From the human T2T-CHM13v2.0 reference genome, Homo sapiens: a DNA stretch of 64,000 nt. A program made the translations under genes and the position numbers. Below are positions 29,393 through 48,379 of this stretch, piece by piece; positions within the stretch are counted from its first letter, which is position 1, and every line of letters starts with the position of its first letter. The notes beneath the pieces were generated by a model. That model was not told the DNA's origin and searched no databases. It saw nothing but the letters and a program-made list of their open reading frames with translations. The stretch lies in assembly GCF_009914755.1 (NCBI RefSeq), contig NC_060931.1. One strand, 5' to 3'.

Positions 29393-29825
29393 GGCTGCGG
29401 CAGTAGCTCATGGCTGTAATCTCCACACTTTGGAGCCAAGGTGCGAAGATCGCTTGAGGTCAGGAGTTTGAGACAAGCCTGGGGAACACAGGAAGACCAG
29501 TCTCTACAAAAAATTTTTAAAATAAAAACAGAAGAGAGAGAAGCTTGGTTTGTATCCTATAAAAATGTATAGGATCCAAAATAGATCATATTGCTTGAGC
29601 CCAGGATTTAAGACCTGCCTGGGTCACATAACGAAATCTCATCTCTATAGAAAATCAAAAAATGAGCCAGGTGTGGTGGTGTGCTCTTGTGGTACCAGCT
29701 ACTGGGGAGGATGAGGTGGAAGGATCATTTGAGCCTGGGAGGTTGAGGCTGCAGCAAGCTGTGATTCTGCCACTGCATACCAGCCTGGGTGACGGAACAA
29801 GACGCTGTCTCCAAAATCAAAAAAA
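29393..29825 (+). mobile_element. Alu left monomer (29393-29528) and 5'-truncated AluJ (29590-29825)
   Basis: Alu motifs within L1. Confidence 0.8.
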
Positions 29826-30551
29826 TCATAGACCTAAATGTAAAAACTATCAAACTTCTAGAAGAAGCATTGGAAAAAAATCTTTGCAACCTGGAGTTGG
29901 GTGAAGATTCTGAGGTATAAAATCCAAAGTACAATCCATAAAAGAAAAAAATAACATCTTGGACTTCATCAAAATTAAAAACTGTACTAAGAGCCTTGTT
30001 AAGGGAATGAAAAGACAGGCCACAGACTGGGAGAAAATATGTGCAAAGGACCCATATCCAGAATATGTTTCACTCTCATAACTCAACAACAAGAAACAAT
30101 CCAATTAAGAAAGTGAGCAAAAGATCTGAACACTTTAACAAAGAAAATATTCAAATGGCAAAGCACATTAAAGATGCTTTTAACATCATTATCCATTAGG
30201 GAAATGTAAATTAAAAATTACAATGAGATGCTACACACCTAATTAAAATGGCTAAAATAAAAAATATTGGCCATCCCAGTGCTTGCTAGGACGTGGAGCA
30301 ACCTATACACTCACCCATTGCCTGTGGGAATGCAAAATGGTGCAGTCAATTTGGCAAGTTCAGCAGCTTCTGAAAAGCTTAACCTACACTTACCATATGA
30401 CCCAGCAATCTCATTCCTAAGTATTTATGGAAGACAAACGAAAATTTATGGTCAACACAAAAACCTGTATTTGCATGTTTATACTGGTTTTACTCATAAT
30501 TGCCCCAAAGTGGAAACAAACCAAATGTCCTAAATTATGTTAAACCCATCC

Positions 30552-33152
<2,601 letters not shown>

Positions 33153-33171
33153 AAATCCACCCAAAGGGATA

Positions 33172-33416
33172 CAGGCATCCCTTGGTATACAAGGGGGACT
33201 GGTTCCAGGATGCTTGAGGATAGCAAAATCCGAGTGTGATGAAGCCCTGCTTTTCACCCTGCAGAATCTGCATATATGAAAAGTCGGCCCTCCATACATG
33301 TGGGCTTTGCATCCAAGGAATACTGTATTTTCCATTTGCATTTGGTTGAGGAAAAAAAAATTCCTGCCTATAAGTGGGCCCACACAGTTCCAACTGTGTT
33401 GATTAAGGGTCAACTG
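33172..33416 (+). mobile_element. MER8 (TcMar-Tigger MITE)
   Basis: TA-CAG...cccttggtatac...ggttccagga start; aaaagtcggccctcc internal; gtgttgattaagggtcaactg end. Confidence 0.8.
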
Positions 33417-35016
33417 TCCTATTAAGCAATACAAAGGAATTAAATACTGGTATATGTACACATGAATAAATCTCAAATGTGTTGTGCTAAGTAGCCAGAC
33501 GCAAAAAGCTGCATAATATATGGTTCCATTTATTGGGCATCCTGATAAAGACAAAACTATAGGATAAAAACCACAAAGGGGTAGGGGGCTAACTAGAAAC
33601 AGGCACAGGGCGCTTTTTGGGTTGATGGATTGTTCTACAGCCTGATTCTGGATGTAGATGACTGCAGACTTGCCAAAACCTGTTGAATGCTACCTCAAAA
33701 AAAAAAAAGAAATTTTCTCAAAGTTTTAAATGTTATTTTTCCTTTCTTTTTACAGGTGTGGGACCTCAAGTTTTTTAAAAAATCTTCACCCTTACCTCAT
33801 ACATAAAAACTAACTAGAAATGGATCAGAGACCTAAACATAAAAGCTAAAACTACAAAACTTCTAGAATATGAAAAAAAAAAACCAAAAAACAAAACTTT
33901 CTCAAGTCCAACAGAGCTTAAAAGTGAAAACAAAAAAAAAAACAACTTTATGATCTTCAGGTAGACAGATTCCTGACACGATACAAAATAAACAAAACAA
34001 AAAAAAAACGAAAAAGTGAACCGAGTTTCATCAAACTTACAAACTTCTTCTGTTCTCTGAAACACAGGAACAACAAAAAAGTCACACTAGGAGAAAATAT
34101 TCATTAAATACACATCTGAAAAAGGACTTTTATTCAGAATATATAATTCAGTAAGAAGAATCTGATAATCTAGGCAAAAGACTTGAACAGACACTTCACA
34201 AACCAAGATATCCAAATTTCCAGTAGGTATATGAAAAGATGTCCACCATTCTTAGTGGGAAATTTCAAATAAAACCACAACCTACCATCTGAGAATAGCT
34301 AGAAAGTTAGAAAGGCCGCCAATACCAAGTATCAGGGAGGATGGGCAGGCAGCAACCAAAGCTCTCATGTGCTGCTAGTGGAGGCATAAAATGGTCAAAA
34401 TGTTTTGGAAAAACAGTTTGGTAGTTTCTCCTAAAGTATACACTTAACATATATGTGACTCAGCAATATCACACCTAGGTATTTACCAAAGAGAAATGAC
34501 TGTGTGTCCACGAAGACATTTACTCAAAATGCTCATAATAGCTTTATTCTTAATAGTTAAATACTGGGATAACCCAAATATCCACCAATGGGTGATCAGA
34601 TAAACAAATTAAGGTATATCCATTCAACAGAATACCACTTTGCAATAAAAAGAAATTATACATGCAACACCATGGATGAATCTCAAAAACATTATGCTAA
34701 CTGACATACAAAAATGAGTATATATTGTATGATTCGATGTATGTGAAATTTTAGGGTAAGAAAAACTAACCCAGAGTGATGGAGAGCAGATCAGTGCTTC
34801 CCGGGGAGCTGGGGTAGGGCGTGAGGGACATGAGAGAACTTGTGGGGATGACGGAATGTTTCATATTTTGATAAAGGCAGAGGTTACATAGGTGCATAAA
34901 TCTGTCAAAACTCATCCAACTCTACACTTAAAATGGATACTTTATTATATGTAAATTACACCTCAATAAACTTGATTTAGGAAAAAAAGATTTTTTTTAA
35001 AAGATAATGCATTTAC

Positions 35017-35380
35017 TTTTTTTTTTTTTTTTGAGACAGGGTCTCTATCTGTTGCCCAGGCTGGAGTACAATGGCAGGATCATAGCTCACTGTATTCAAA
35101 CTGCTGGTCTCAAATGATCCTCTCACCTTGGTCTCTCAAAGCACTGGGATTACAGGTGTGTGTCACCATGCCCAGCCCATTTACTACTTTTTACTAAACA
35201 GTATGAGATGGTGGTTATTAGCTATGTGACTTTGGGCAGTTTTCCTGAGTCCTTTTCCTTATCTGTAAATGGACATCATAATGGTACCTATCCTATAACG
35301 TGCTTTGTGAGGATTAAATGAAAATGTATACCAAACATCTGGCATGTAGCAAGTGCTCAGCAAATCTCATTATTATTAAT
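35017..35380. mobile_element. Alu monomer (35017-35177, minus) followed by MIR
   Basis: Alu arm; agctatgtgactttgggcag...gtgaggattaaatga. Confidence 0.75.
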
Positions 35381-37209
35381 ATTAGTAATACTATTAGTAA
35401 CTGCTCTTAGGCAGAAATAATCCGCTTAGGATAAAAAAAGTATTTTCGGAATTATATCTAATAAATTAACCTGAAAGATGACATACAGTAACTATTTCAA
35501 CTAAAGCCTCAAAATAACACAAGCAAAATAACAAACATACATATACCCCTAAAGCAGAAAATTACTGTTTCATTTACCCACAGCTGAGTGACTGACACCA
35601 CCCATTTCATGTGCTCATGGTTCTACAGTCAACGCTGGGCTCACTTTTAGTTTACTCTTTGGGGGGCCTTTATCTGGTGGGCTGGTGGTGCTACACAGCT
35701 GGGAAGGCGGGGCATTCTCCCTTTCTCTGTGTCTCCTCCTAACATCTACTGCACATCACTTGAGGCTCCCAAGAACACAAAAGCAGAAGCTGCCAACTTC
35801 TTAGGGCTTAAAGCCTGGAACTGGCACATCACCATCTCTGCTGCATTCTGCAGGCTCAAGACAGTCACAGGGCAAGCACAGGAATACCAGGAGAGTGCCT
35901 CGTTGGGGACTAACAATAGAACAGACACCAGTAAAGCAGACTTGGTTTGTAAACGGCAGAAAAAAGACTGCAGACTCACCTGGCTTATAAATGGAATGAA
36001 ACCTGAATCACCACTGTTAAAAGGCTGGAAAAACAATGAACCGCATAAAGGTTTCTATGTGTTCCTTACATGACACACAATGCCAATCATATGCTTAACA
36101 ATCGTATGCACCCACTCTAGTAAGAAATGTGTAGCTCCCCCTATGGCAGGATTGGTGGTTGTTGCTTTTTCGAGAGGGAGGGGTGATATGTGTTGTATTG
36201 TGTGTGTCTATGTATATTACACACACATATATATATTAGTGTCACTAAGGAAGTGTTTTGAAAAGATGTTTACGATTCTAATTGGAATACCAATCCCCAC
36301 ATGTCCGTCATATAGAGTCAGATGAGAGTGTGTGATGCAGAACATACACATCTTAATTATTGTACAGAACCTAAAAAGTGAGACACCGTTAGAGTTTACG
36401 GAACATTCTCACATGAATTATCTCGCTTGTTCCTGTGAGCTAAGCAGGGTTGACATCATGTTGTTCTTTCTCACACCCCTTCCCCAATTTTAAAAATAGA
36501 TGCTGGGAGATTTTAAAAAAAAGAAAAAATTAAACTGCAATTATTATTATTATGACAAAGACAAGGCAGAAAAAGTAAAACTAGTTCATAAAAATACCCT
36601 TTCAAATACTTATAGGTAACCCTATTGCCAATTATTATGCTACCAGATATATACCACTGAGGAAAATAAGAAATACGTTTAATTATATAACATGAAGGAC
36701 TCAGTTTCATAAATGAAGAATTTTATTAACAGGATTATTAAACTAAAGAAAAATAAAGTGCTACCCAGAAAGGCCATAAAACTGTTTCCCTGGAGATTTT
36801 CAAAACAGGATATTCATCTCTACAGGATGGTTTAAAGACAAAGCTGAGGTGGAAGGCAACAATAATAGCCCTGATAAACTGCAGGAAATTAAATGTTTAG
36901 CAACAATGAAGAATGAGTTTTCCTAGAACGGTGGCCAATCTGGAGAGAAGACCCGGGATACAGGTGAGGGTGGGAAAGAGCTAGAGAAAAGCAAAGACAA
37001 AAATTCTCTATTTCTTAACATATTAAAGAACATGAAATTTAAGAATGATCAAAACTAGTAATAACACAGTATGAGGAAAATGAGATATGAAATAGAGTAT
37101 ACTCATCCGTCAGCCTGAATGGTTAAAACCATTCATATTTTATAAAGATAATTTCTTCAAAAGTTCTTAAAATCTGCGCTGACCTCATTATCAACACCAA
37201 TTCACTCCT

Positions 37210-37645
37210 CACAGTATCTGGGCTGTCTAATATGGCAGCCAGTAGCCATACATGGACAGTAAGTACCTGAAATGTGCTCAGTTCCGACTGAGATGTGTCA
37301 CAGTGTAAGTATGACAAATGTACAAATATCAACAATATCCATCACATGTTGAAATAACATTTTGGACATACTGAGCTAAATTAAGTATATTAATTTCACT
37401 TATTTCTTTTTACTTAATATGCCTACTGGAAAAATCTAAAATTACATTAGGTTATATTTTTAGTTTTTTTTTTTTTTTTGAGACCTCAGCCTCCCACTTT
37501 TGTAGAGACAGGGTTTCGCTGTGTTGCCCAGGTTGTTCTGGAGCTCCTGAGCTCAAGTGGTCCTCTCACCTTGGGTCCCAAAGTGCTGGGATTCTAGGCG
37601 TGAGCCACTGCACCAGGCCAGATTGTTTCCATTGGGCAAGGCTGC
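37210..37645. mobile_element. MER33-like element with an internally deleted Alu (37464-37619, minus)
   Basis: gctgtctaatatggcagcca.tagcc; ttttgagac|ctcagcctccc fusion. Confidence 0.65.
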
Positions 37646-38499
37646 TCTGTACCCTTGTTTAAGGGAATAGGATCATATTATTTGTATAAATTTAGCTCCC
37701 TAAATTTGTGCTCCAGAAATACTTCCATAGAAGTCTAAAAAAATTGGAAGGTAGGCTCATTTTGTGTACAGCTCAATTTTTTAGGACACTGCTCATACAG
37801 AAACATGGTTAGATTAAGAAAGCAATTTATTATTATAAAACATATTCACACATTTTTGTAGCACTCTTATGCAGAATGAAAAGATCTAGAGAAAGAGTCC
37901 AACTCCCCCTCCCAGCAAGCAGGAATGACAAACATCCTTGTAGTAAGACACTGCCTGCCTGAGTGGGCAGCGTGAGCGTGTGGGGCCACCCGGGCCCAGC
38001 AACCTCATTTGTCTCTGGGGCAACAATCCTGCGGTGTGAGGGTATGCTTGGTCAAATCCTTGGGTGACACAAGGACCCAGGGCCAGCAAACCCTCAGAAC
38101 CCTACTTGTAGGCACAGCCACCTGTCTTCGGGACCATGGGAACTGTGCCCTGTGTGGGTGGTCGCTAGGGCCTCTGTGGCCAGAAAGCAAGGAAAGTGTG
38201 TGGATCTGGCAGGTGCATAAATAAATCTGGTCCACCCCTTAAACTTGCTCCTGTTCCATCATTTCTGATTTTAGCCAATGGCAACATGACCTACTCAGGC
38301 ACTCACATGAGAAATCTGAAGGCTACTTCACAGCTTCCACATTGGTCTTGCCCATTCTCCCTCTAAGGAAATCTCCCATGTGTGTCCTCTTCATCTCATC
38401 TACTCTGCGCCTTGGCTGGTCTTCCCATTTCTACTCCCTTACCACCCCTCCCACTTCACAGAACAGCAGGAGGATGGAAGCCAGGATCAGCACACTACA

Positions 38500-38819
38500 G
38501 ACCAGGGGCCAAATTTGGCCTACAGCCTGTTTTGGTTTTGTACAGTCTATGAGCTAAAAATGTTTTTTTCATCTTTAAGTGGTTGGAAAAAGAAACAGTA
38601 TTTCATGATACTGAAAATCAGATGAAGTTCAAGTGTTATATCCATAAATAAAGTTTTACTAGCACACAGCCACACCCACTCGTTGATGTATTGTCTGTGG
38701 CTGCTTCCGTCCTACAAAGGCAAAGTAGAATAGCTGCAAGAGAGGCTACATGGCCTGCCCTGCAAAGCTTGAGATATTTACTATCTGGCCTTTTACAGAA
38801 CAAGTCTGCCAGTCCCTGG
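38500..38819 (-). mobile_element. MER58 (hAT-Charlie)
   Basis: ccataaataaagttttact...atatttactatctggccttttacagaa..gtctgccagtccctg. Confidence 0.75.
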
Positions 38820-39129
38820 TATAGATCATCGTCTTATTTGTTGCTTAAAACCCTTCAGTCACTTCCCACAGTTTCTAGGAAAAAGTCTAAAACTTTTCAC
38901 AGAGCAGACAAAACTGTTCTTGAAGGACAGTTGGCAAACACATGAGTCCCGACCTCTCTCATTACTCACACCTCACCCTTCTCATTCACTCAGTGAGCCA
39001 CACTGCCTTTCCTTTAAAGACAATTCTCCCACCACCCCCATCCCCACTTGATGATCAAGTTAGCCCTGCCTTTGATTATTTCTCTCAAACACCTATCCCA
39101 ACTGTATTTAAGTAACAATCGTGTAGTAG

Positions 39130-39936
39130 CTGATTAAAGACTGCCTGCTCTGGAGCCACTGCCTGAGTTCAAAATCCTGGCTTTGTCACTTAACAACAGT
39201 TTGACATTGGGCAAGTCACATAAACTTTTTGTACTTCAGTTTCCTTATCTGCAAAATAGGTGTAACAACTGCACCTACCCGAGTTTAAAGGCTATTAATA
39301 CATGTGCATTAAGATTGTACCCCATAACAGTAAATGCTTCAAAAGCACCAACAATTATTATTCTCAGTAGCAGGAACAAGTTCCTGTGGCTCTCAACTAG
39401 ACTGAAGCTCCTTGAGGGCAAGGATTATAACTGTCCTAGCTTTTGTGACTGGTACAAAGTAGAGCATTTATTCAAATGCTTAATGAACACCTAATTTGAA
39501 TAACACATAACACTCACAAACTGTCCTCTTCAACCAACAGTTGCAGTGATTCAATCTTTGGGGGCCTGGCCCAAATGTTCTCTTTCAAACAAATGCCAAA
39601 TGTGATTGAGATTTTAAAGCCAGCAAAATACAGGTGCAGTGGCTCAGCCTGTGATCCCAGAACTCTGGGAGGCTGAGGTGGCTGGATCGCTTGAGTCCAG
39701 GACTTCGAGACCAGTCGAGGCAACAAGTAAGACCTCATGTCTACAAAAAAATAAAAAAATAGCCAGGGCATGGTGGCACACACCCATAGTCCCAGCTGCT
39801 CGGGAGGCTGAGGCGGGAGGATCCTTGAGGCTGGAAGGTTGAAGCTGCAGTGTGCCGAGATCGCGACATTGCACTGCAGCCTGGATGACACAGTGAGACT
39901 CCGTCTCAAAAAATAAAAAATAAAAAAAAAAATAAA
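39130..39936 (+). mobile_element. MIR (39130-39360) and AluJ (39631-39936)
   Basis: MIR core tgggcaagtcac.taa...cagtttccttatctg; Alu TSD aaagc.agcaaaata. Confidence 0.8.
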
Positions 39937-40490
39937 GCTAGCAAAATAGGCAGACACATTTATATCTAAGACACAGAAGTCTTAGAAAAGCATTTCATCT
40001 CATAAAACTGTATTAACTGTAAAAGCCCATATTTGCATCCCCATTCACAAATTATGTACTATGCCATCAGGTAATTATTAACATTCAACTCTCAATCCTG
40101 CAAAAGGTGGGATGGTGTATCTTGCTAAAACACCAACTTCTCTTTCAAATGTCCATGAGGAGTCCTTCTGCAAACATGTAAGCACAACAAAAAGAGAAAT
40201 GCGGGAGAGAAAGACTCAATTCTACTACAGATAAGACGCAAACCAAGCAAGCATGACACTTCGGAGTGAATTCTATCAATATCTTTAAACTGCCCTGCTT
40301 TCTTAACTTGCCCATAAGAGCACAACGTAAAGGCTTTTCTAGCACTTCCTGTTCTAAACTAATACCAGTTTAGATTTAAAGCTCCAATCCTACAGGAACT
40401 CCTTTTTTTTTTTTAATAACCAGAAGCCCAACATATATTGAAGAAAATTAAAATACTAAAATAGTATTCCAGAACCTTTAAAATGTTAGA

Positions 40491-40780
40491 TTTCTTTTTT
40501 TTTTTTTGAGATGGAGTCTTGCTCTGTCGCCCAGTGGCGCGATCTCGACTCACTGCAACCTCCCCCTTCGGGTTCAAGTGATTCTCCTGCAGGCCTCAGC
40601 CTCCCTAGTAGCTGGGATTACAGGCGCCCACCACCACGCCCAGCTAATTTTTGTATTTTTAGTAGAGACAGGGTTTCGCCAGGTTGGCCAGGCTGGTCTC
40701 GAACTCCTGACCTCAGGTGATCCACTCGCCTCGGCCTCCCAAAGTGCTGGAATTATAGGCGAGAGCCACTGCGCACAGCT
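40491..40780 (-). mobile_element. AluS
   Basis: Antisense Alu with a small internal deletion. Confidence 0.9.
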
Positions 40781-41599
40781 GATTATATTTAAAAATCAAT
40801 CCAGCAATTCATGTTAAAAGGACTCAGCAGTTTGCATTCTCACAGTTAGCAAGAATGACGTGACGAAGATAGACCGTGAGTACTGTATCAATGTTAAGAT
40901 TTCATTTGGTACTTCAGAATAAATTAGAACTAAGAATGAAGGTTCCTTCAAGTATGATCCCTAAAGATTTCATAATACTCTCACTTGCACAATCATGTGC
41001 AAGTTCAGTTCTGATTTATTCAAGTAACTAAGAACAATCCAGCCATGGACACTATTACAGTTGTTTGCGAACTTGTTATTCTGAATCTTCACCCAAGAAA
41101 AGCATTGTGCATCTCTGACCTTCCACAATCACAGATAGAGGTGGCAGTGTCTCATTCTGTGATAAAGTTGCTATTTTTACTTGTGTACTCCTCCCCACCT
41201 TCATCCTGATACTCGTATTTAAAAACTATATTATTAGTATATGGGTCTCTGGTATCCTGCTACTCTTTGCAATTTTCACTACTCTCTGGGAGCCTCGCCA
41301 TCACCAGGTCCAAACACAACTCATCCAAAAATGCAACACAATCAGAGGCCAAACCAATAGGCACACAGATATCATAACTCTCCTGATGTTCTCTGGCCTC
41401 CCTCGTGCTTCCTTCCATTCTAACCACGCCAAGTTCTTTCCTGCCTTGCCATCTTTGTCTCTCACAACGCTACAGGGCCTCTCCTAGGAGGCTCTTCTAA
41501 CACTGTGGGAACCATATTGCTGTGAACAGCATTTAGGATGCAGTCACTGTCAATTCGATTTTGCACAGCAGTGAACAAGATCCTAGCTTACAACAGTTT

Positions 41600-42689
41600 A
41601 ATGGTTCTCAAAGGGTGGTCTGTGGACCTCTAAGGGGTTTACCAAAATCTTTTCAGGGGTCTCATGAGGTCAAAACGATATTCATAGCAATATTAAGTTA
41701 TCATTTGCCTTTTCCACAAAGTTCCCATTTGTACTAAGGGTGCAAAAGCAATGGTAGGGAAAACTGCTAGCTCGGCACCCCTTGGCATGAATCAAAAACA
41801 GTAGTTACAAACTGAGTGGTAAGTCACTGTATTCTTTACTACCATGCATTCACAGTGGGAAAAGAGCTGTTTCTACTTAACAGTGTCCTTGAAAAAGCAG
41901 TAAAATTATATTAAATCTTGACCCTTTGGTACCTGTCTTTTTAATATTCTGCATGACAAAATGAGATGTACACATAAAGCACCTCTGTTACATACTGAAG
42001 TATGATGGTTGTTTCCAAAAAAAGCACTTGTGCAGTCATTTGAGAAGTGATCTGAACTGGCCACTTTTATCATGGAATGCCTTTTTTACTTGCAAGAATG
42101 ATGACAAACTATCATTATTGCAAATGTGAATAGCTGGCAGACATTTTCTTGGAAATTAAAGAAACAAAACAGTCAATTCAAGTAAAAACTGGTAGCATGT
42201 TGCCAAGGAAATTATTTGAACTCAAGGAGGAAATTAGAATTTTGGAAAACTTGCACCACTCATAGCGAACAGTGTTCTAAAACTTAAGACTTTGCAGAGA
42301 TTGGTGGTGATATTAACAAATGTGATTTTTAAAAATGCTTGTATAATAAAATGTATCAACATGTGGAAGATCTGCGTAACGATGAACAAATATTTTCCAA
42401 ATGACCAGTAACGCTACAAAACCAGGCATGGTAGAAGATCCATTCCAAGTATAAAGCAGACCTGCGGAGTTGGGCAAATTCATCAATATGATTTCAGATT
42501 GCATAGTGTAACTATTCTTTGCAAACTATCACTTATGAAGTTTCGGTATCAAAGAATATTCAACTACCTGAAAAACTATTCAAGTACTCCTTACTTCATT
42601 AAAATAACGTTAAGGGAATGAATTCAGGAGCAGAGATGAGAATCCAGCTGTTAAGACATTAAAAGATACCTGCAAAACCGTGAAACACC

Positions 42690-42690
<1 letters not shown>
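41600..42690 (+). mobile_element. Charlie1a-like hAT DNA transposon remnant
   Basis: tggttctcaaag.gtggtc...tttcaggggtc..atgaggtcaaaac start; aggagcaga.atgagaatccagctg internal. Confidence 0.75.
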
Positions 42691-44225
<1,535 letters not shown>

Positions 44226-45179
44226 AAGTACAGAGAGATATAACCCATATGGACAGCAAAATAACATTTGGCACTGGAAAGCCATAATCAGAAATCTGAA
44301 TTCTGATTATGCTCTTGTGCAGAACAATGAATGAGACTGAAAAACAGTAATTTCAAGTTTCAATACAAAGTGGGCACTTCAGGACTACCCCCACCCACAA
44401 GTATACAACATCAGAATATTAAGCACCTGAATATACAATTTCACATACTGGTAGATGTCATACATAGCAAATATTGTTTTGCCTTTCAATTTTTCAATAA
44501 AAAGTGTCAACAAATGATAGGTTAACTTAAAAAATAAACAGTAAGTCAGAATCTGCTGGGAACAACCAAATATTTAATGACATCTTTCCTCATGAAGACT
44601 CTAAATACTACCTAAACATTTTGACAAAGTAATAATTTGAGTACTTTTGCTGAATTGCCTTCTTCCAAACCACAAAGCTGTTTCATTTTCCCCCTATGAT
44701 CTTTCACATGCCTGTGATCCCATCCCTCTTATTAACTGTATGTAAGAGGCTTATATATGACAACCAGCTTTTAATTATGGTCTAATGGTAAACTAGGTTA
44801 CCAAAGCTCTCTGTACAGGTAAAATCCCAGTGAAAGATGTACCAGGCTGAAGACAGTTTACGTAACACTACCATTTTAACTTAAGTTGAGTTACTTCCTA
44901 TCGCGGGACTACTCCGTTGTGGTAGAAATAACGGAATGTCAGGGAGCTGGTACTTTTGGCCACCACGGCAACAGTTAATACAAAGCACTCCCTGAAAGCC
45001 AGACTCCCAGAGTTATAGGTGACGTGTCCTTAAAAGCTTTAACATTGTAAATACCAGGAAAAGTACAGGGGACTGGCAGGGAGAATTGTATAGACTACCT
45101 GAGAATTATATTTTACCTATTGGTAGTTCTGACAACACTCAAAAAAAAAGAAAAAAAGAAAACGGAAAGCCAAGTAGTG

Positions 45180-45492
<313 letters not shown>

Positions 45493-45916
45493 TTAAACAA
45501 ACATAGCACTTTTTTGTTTTATCTGAAGACAACTTTAAAAATAAAGTTTGTGGCATGACAAATCACAATGACAAGTATCCTACTAGTCAAACTGGCTTAA
45601 TGTATTTAATCAAGAGAACATTCTAAGAAAGGTGTGGAGGCTTTTTATGTGGCTCTACCCCCAGAATATAGGACAAACAGCTCAGCATCACAAAATACCA
45701 CAATCTAGAAACACATGTACTCAAATTTCTCTGGTACAGCACCACCATTTGCAAGCAAACATGCCAGTAAGCTCCCAGAAGTGAGCATGCTGAGTAATTC
45801 TCAAAAGGGTGGCTTACTAGAAGAAACCTGCTGGCAAAACCTAATCTCCTTCCCCTAAAAAAGACCCCACATACTACAAAATATCCTGGCTCATAATACA
45901 CTTTAAAATCAAATGC

Positions 45917-46223
<307 letters not shown>

Positions 46224-48293
46224 TCAAATACAAGATTGGGAGCAACTTAACCTCTCCAAAATCGTTTAATATGACTACGCTTGAAAATAAATATGGAGAA
46301 GTGGGGTAGGTTGCAGAAATATGAAATACTGAAGACAGAAAATAGGGACTAAAAGTGACCCTGTATCCCACCGGAGACTAAGTTAGCACAGTATTTAACA
46401 AGCAACAGTTTGTGAGGACAAGGCTAAGGGGTGGCCTGTCACATCTCCGTCCTGAGGAGGACGCTGAATAGAGGGAAGATAAAACAGAATGGATTTCAAC
46501 TGGACATAAGGAACTTCTGTAGCCAAAAAAAAAAAAAAAAAAGTGATAAAACTAGCCCTGCTCACCAAAGACTAGAGCTACCATTTCGACATTTGAAAAG
46601 GGTAAATCAGTCAAGATCTTTAGGTCATTCTCTTGGGTTGAAATCAGGTAGCCGAGGTACTTGTTGCCTATAACGTGATTATTCAGGGACTACTATTTCC
46701 AAATAGTTGCCAATAAGTACTTACTTGACTGACTAGGGAAGGCTCACCCAAGAGCCAGAACACCTCGCGGTCCCAACTCCTCAAAATGCAGAGGAGGAAA
46801 TCAAGAGAACAGAGACAAGAGCATGGATTCAGGCTGCCAATAAAGGCTGGATCCCAGGTTCCATGTTGATATTTGAACAATTAGTGACTTTGAACCCCTC
46901 CATTTGATTCATGGTTACTTCCTGGCTGCAGCTGTTAAAGCTGCCACCTATGCATCCCCTCGGATTCAGCACCGCATCGCACAAGAGTTCCCCTACGACT
47001 CTAGGCACCCCGCATCTCTAGCCAAGCTTCTTTCAGCCCTTAATTTCCCCCCGGCTCTCGACGGAGAGGTGGTAAAAGGATGAGTAAGCATGCAGTGGCT
47101 GATCTTGGTCAAAGAGCACAGACCCTGGCACAGGCGGTGGAAAGCGCAGTTGGGGAGTGCATCCAGTGAGCGGCAGGCAGGTACAAGCTTCCCATGACAG
47201 ATAGTCACCCCGTTCCGCAATCACGGGAGCCTCGGAACCCTCGCTTTCACCTCCCCATCCCCTCAACTGTGGCCCGGTGCACGCCTTCTATAGACAGTTA
47301 CTTCAAAACAGCCCGAAAAGATGAACTAATTTCTCCAGGCTTCCGGATGTCGGGAGACAATACAGCCTCACCCTGAAGCGTGTCTAAGTTCAATCGCTCT
47401 GGTTTCACACAGGCCAGAAAACCGCTCGTTCTGTAACACCCCGTCCGCCCCCCAACCCGACCCTAAGCCACCTTATTCAGCAATAAGGCGACTGCTAGGA
47501 ACTGTTTCAAATGTATGTCAACCTTTTGGGGGAAGAAAAAGAAAACAAAAAGACTTTGGAATTACTTCAACAGCCTGGTTGCAAGTACCTGACCTTATTC
47601 CTTCCCGAACAAAAATAGGGCACCGAGAGATCAGACATTCCTTTTTCTCTGTCTTCCTACCCAGGCCGCCAGCAGCATCTCGAGGGCCTCCAGAGGGGCC
47701 TCTTTTGGGGGATCGCCTAGGTTTCCTATGCAGAAAACTTGCGTTCAGTGCCCAAACGTCCTCTAAATCCCTAGTTTTCTTTACAAGGGTAAACTTCACC
47801 ACAGATGGAATGAAGCCGAGGCGCTGCTTCCTTTGTTAAAATCCCACGGACTTTCTTTTCCTTACATCGGGGGCGGGGTGGGGGAGACCGCCAGCCCCGG
47901 TCACGCGCGCCCGCGGCGAAGGCGGGGAGGCAGGTGTGACTCCCTCGCGGCAGCCTCTAGCGCGGCTCCCCGGCGCCGCCTCACTTCCCCAGACGAGACC
48001 CGGACTCCTCGGCGGCCGACGGCCCCCGCCCCGCGCCTCCCACGCCCTCCGCCCGGCCGCCACCTGCCCGCCCGGCCCGCGGAGGGCGCCCAGCTACCGC
48101 AGCTCCTCCACCGGCGCGGACGCCGCCCCGACCGCCACCACCTCCGCTCAGAATGGTGGTTACGAAACGCGCGGCCCCCGCCCGCCCCGCCACATGGCCG
48201 CGCCGGCTCCAAACTTCGCAGGCCCGGCCGCGACCCGGCTCCCAGGCGAGGCCCCGGCGGCGCGAGGAGGCCGCGCGGCCACCGGCCACTCAC

Positions 48294-48345
48294 CCACAGA
48301 CCGGTAGCCCAGGATCGCGATCTTCCGGGACTTGGACTGCGGCAT
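48294..48345 (-). CDS. RHEB: RHEB coding exon 1 (52 nt; MPQSKSRKIAILGYRSV-G)
   Basis: ATG in GCCGCCAAG-ATG context; translation matches the RHEB N-terminus, including the first half of the P-loop with R15/S16; donor G|GTGAGT at 48293-48288. Confidence 0.99.
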
Positions 48346-48358
48346 CTTGGCGGCCTCC

Positions 48359-48379
48359 TCAGCCCCGGCCCAACCACAT
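48359..48379 (-). other. uORF2 in RHEB 5' leader (MWLGRG*)
   Basis: ATG overlaps the uORF1 stop (TGATG); ends 13 nt before the RHEB ATG. Confidence 0.7.

Noticed and set aside
40983-41004. Perfect 9-bp inverted repeat ACTTGCACA-atca-TGTGCAAGT
   Set aside because: A few such stems are expected by chance in 64 kb
44283-44311. 11-bp inverted repeat CATAATCAGAA...TTCTGATTATG
   Set aside because: Isolated and AT-rich, with no supporting context; too short for a pre-miRNA
48160-48345. 61-aa ORF starting MPQSKSRK
   Set aside because: RHEB exon 1 read through its splice donor into intron 1; not a separate gene
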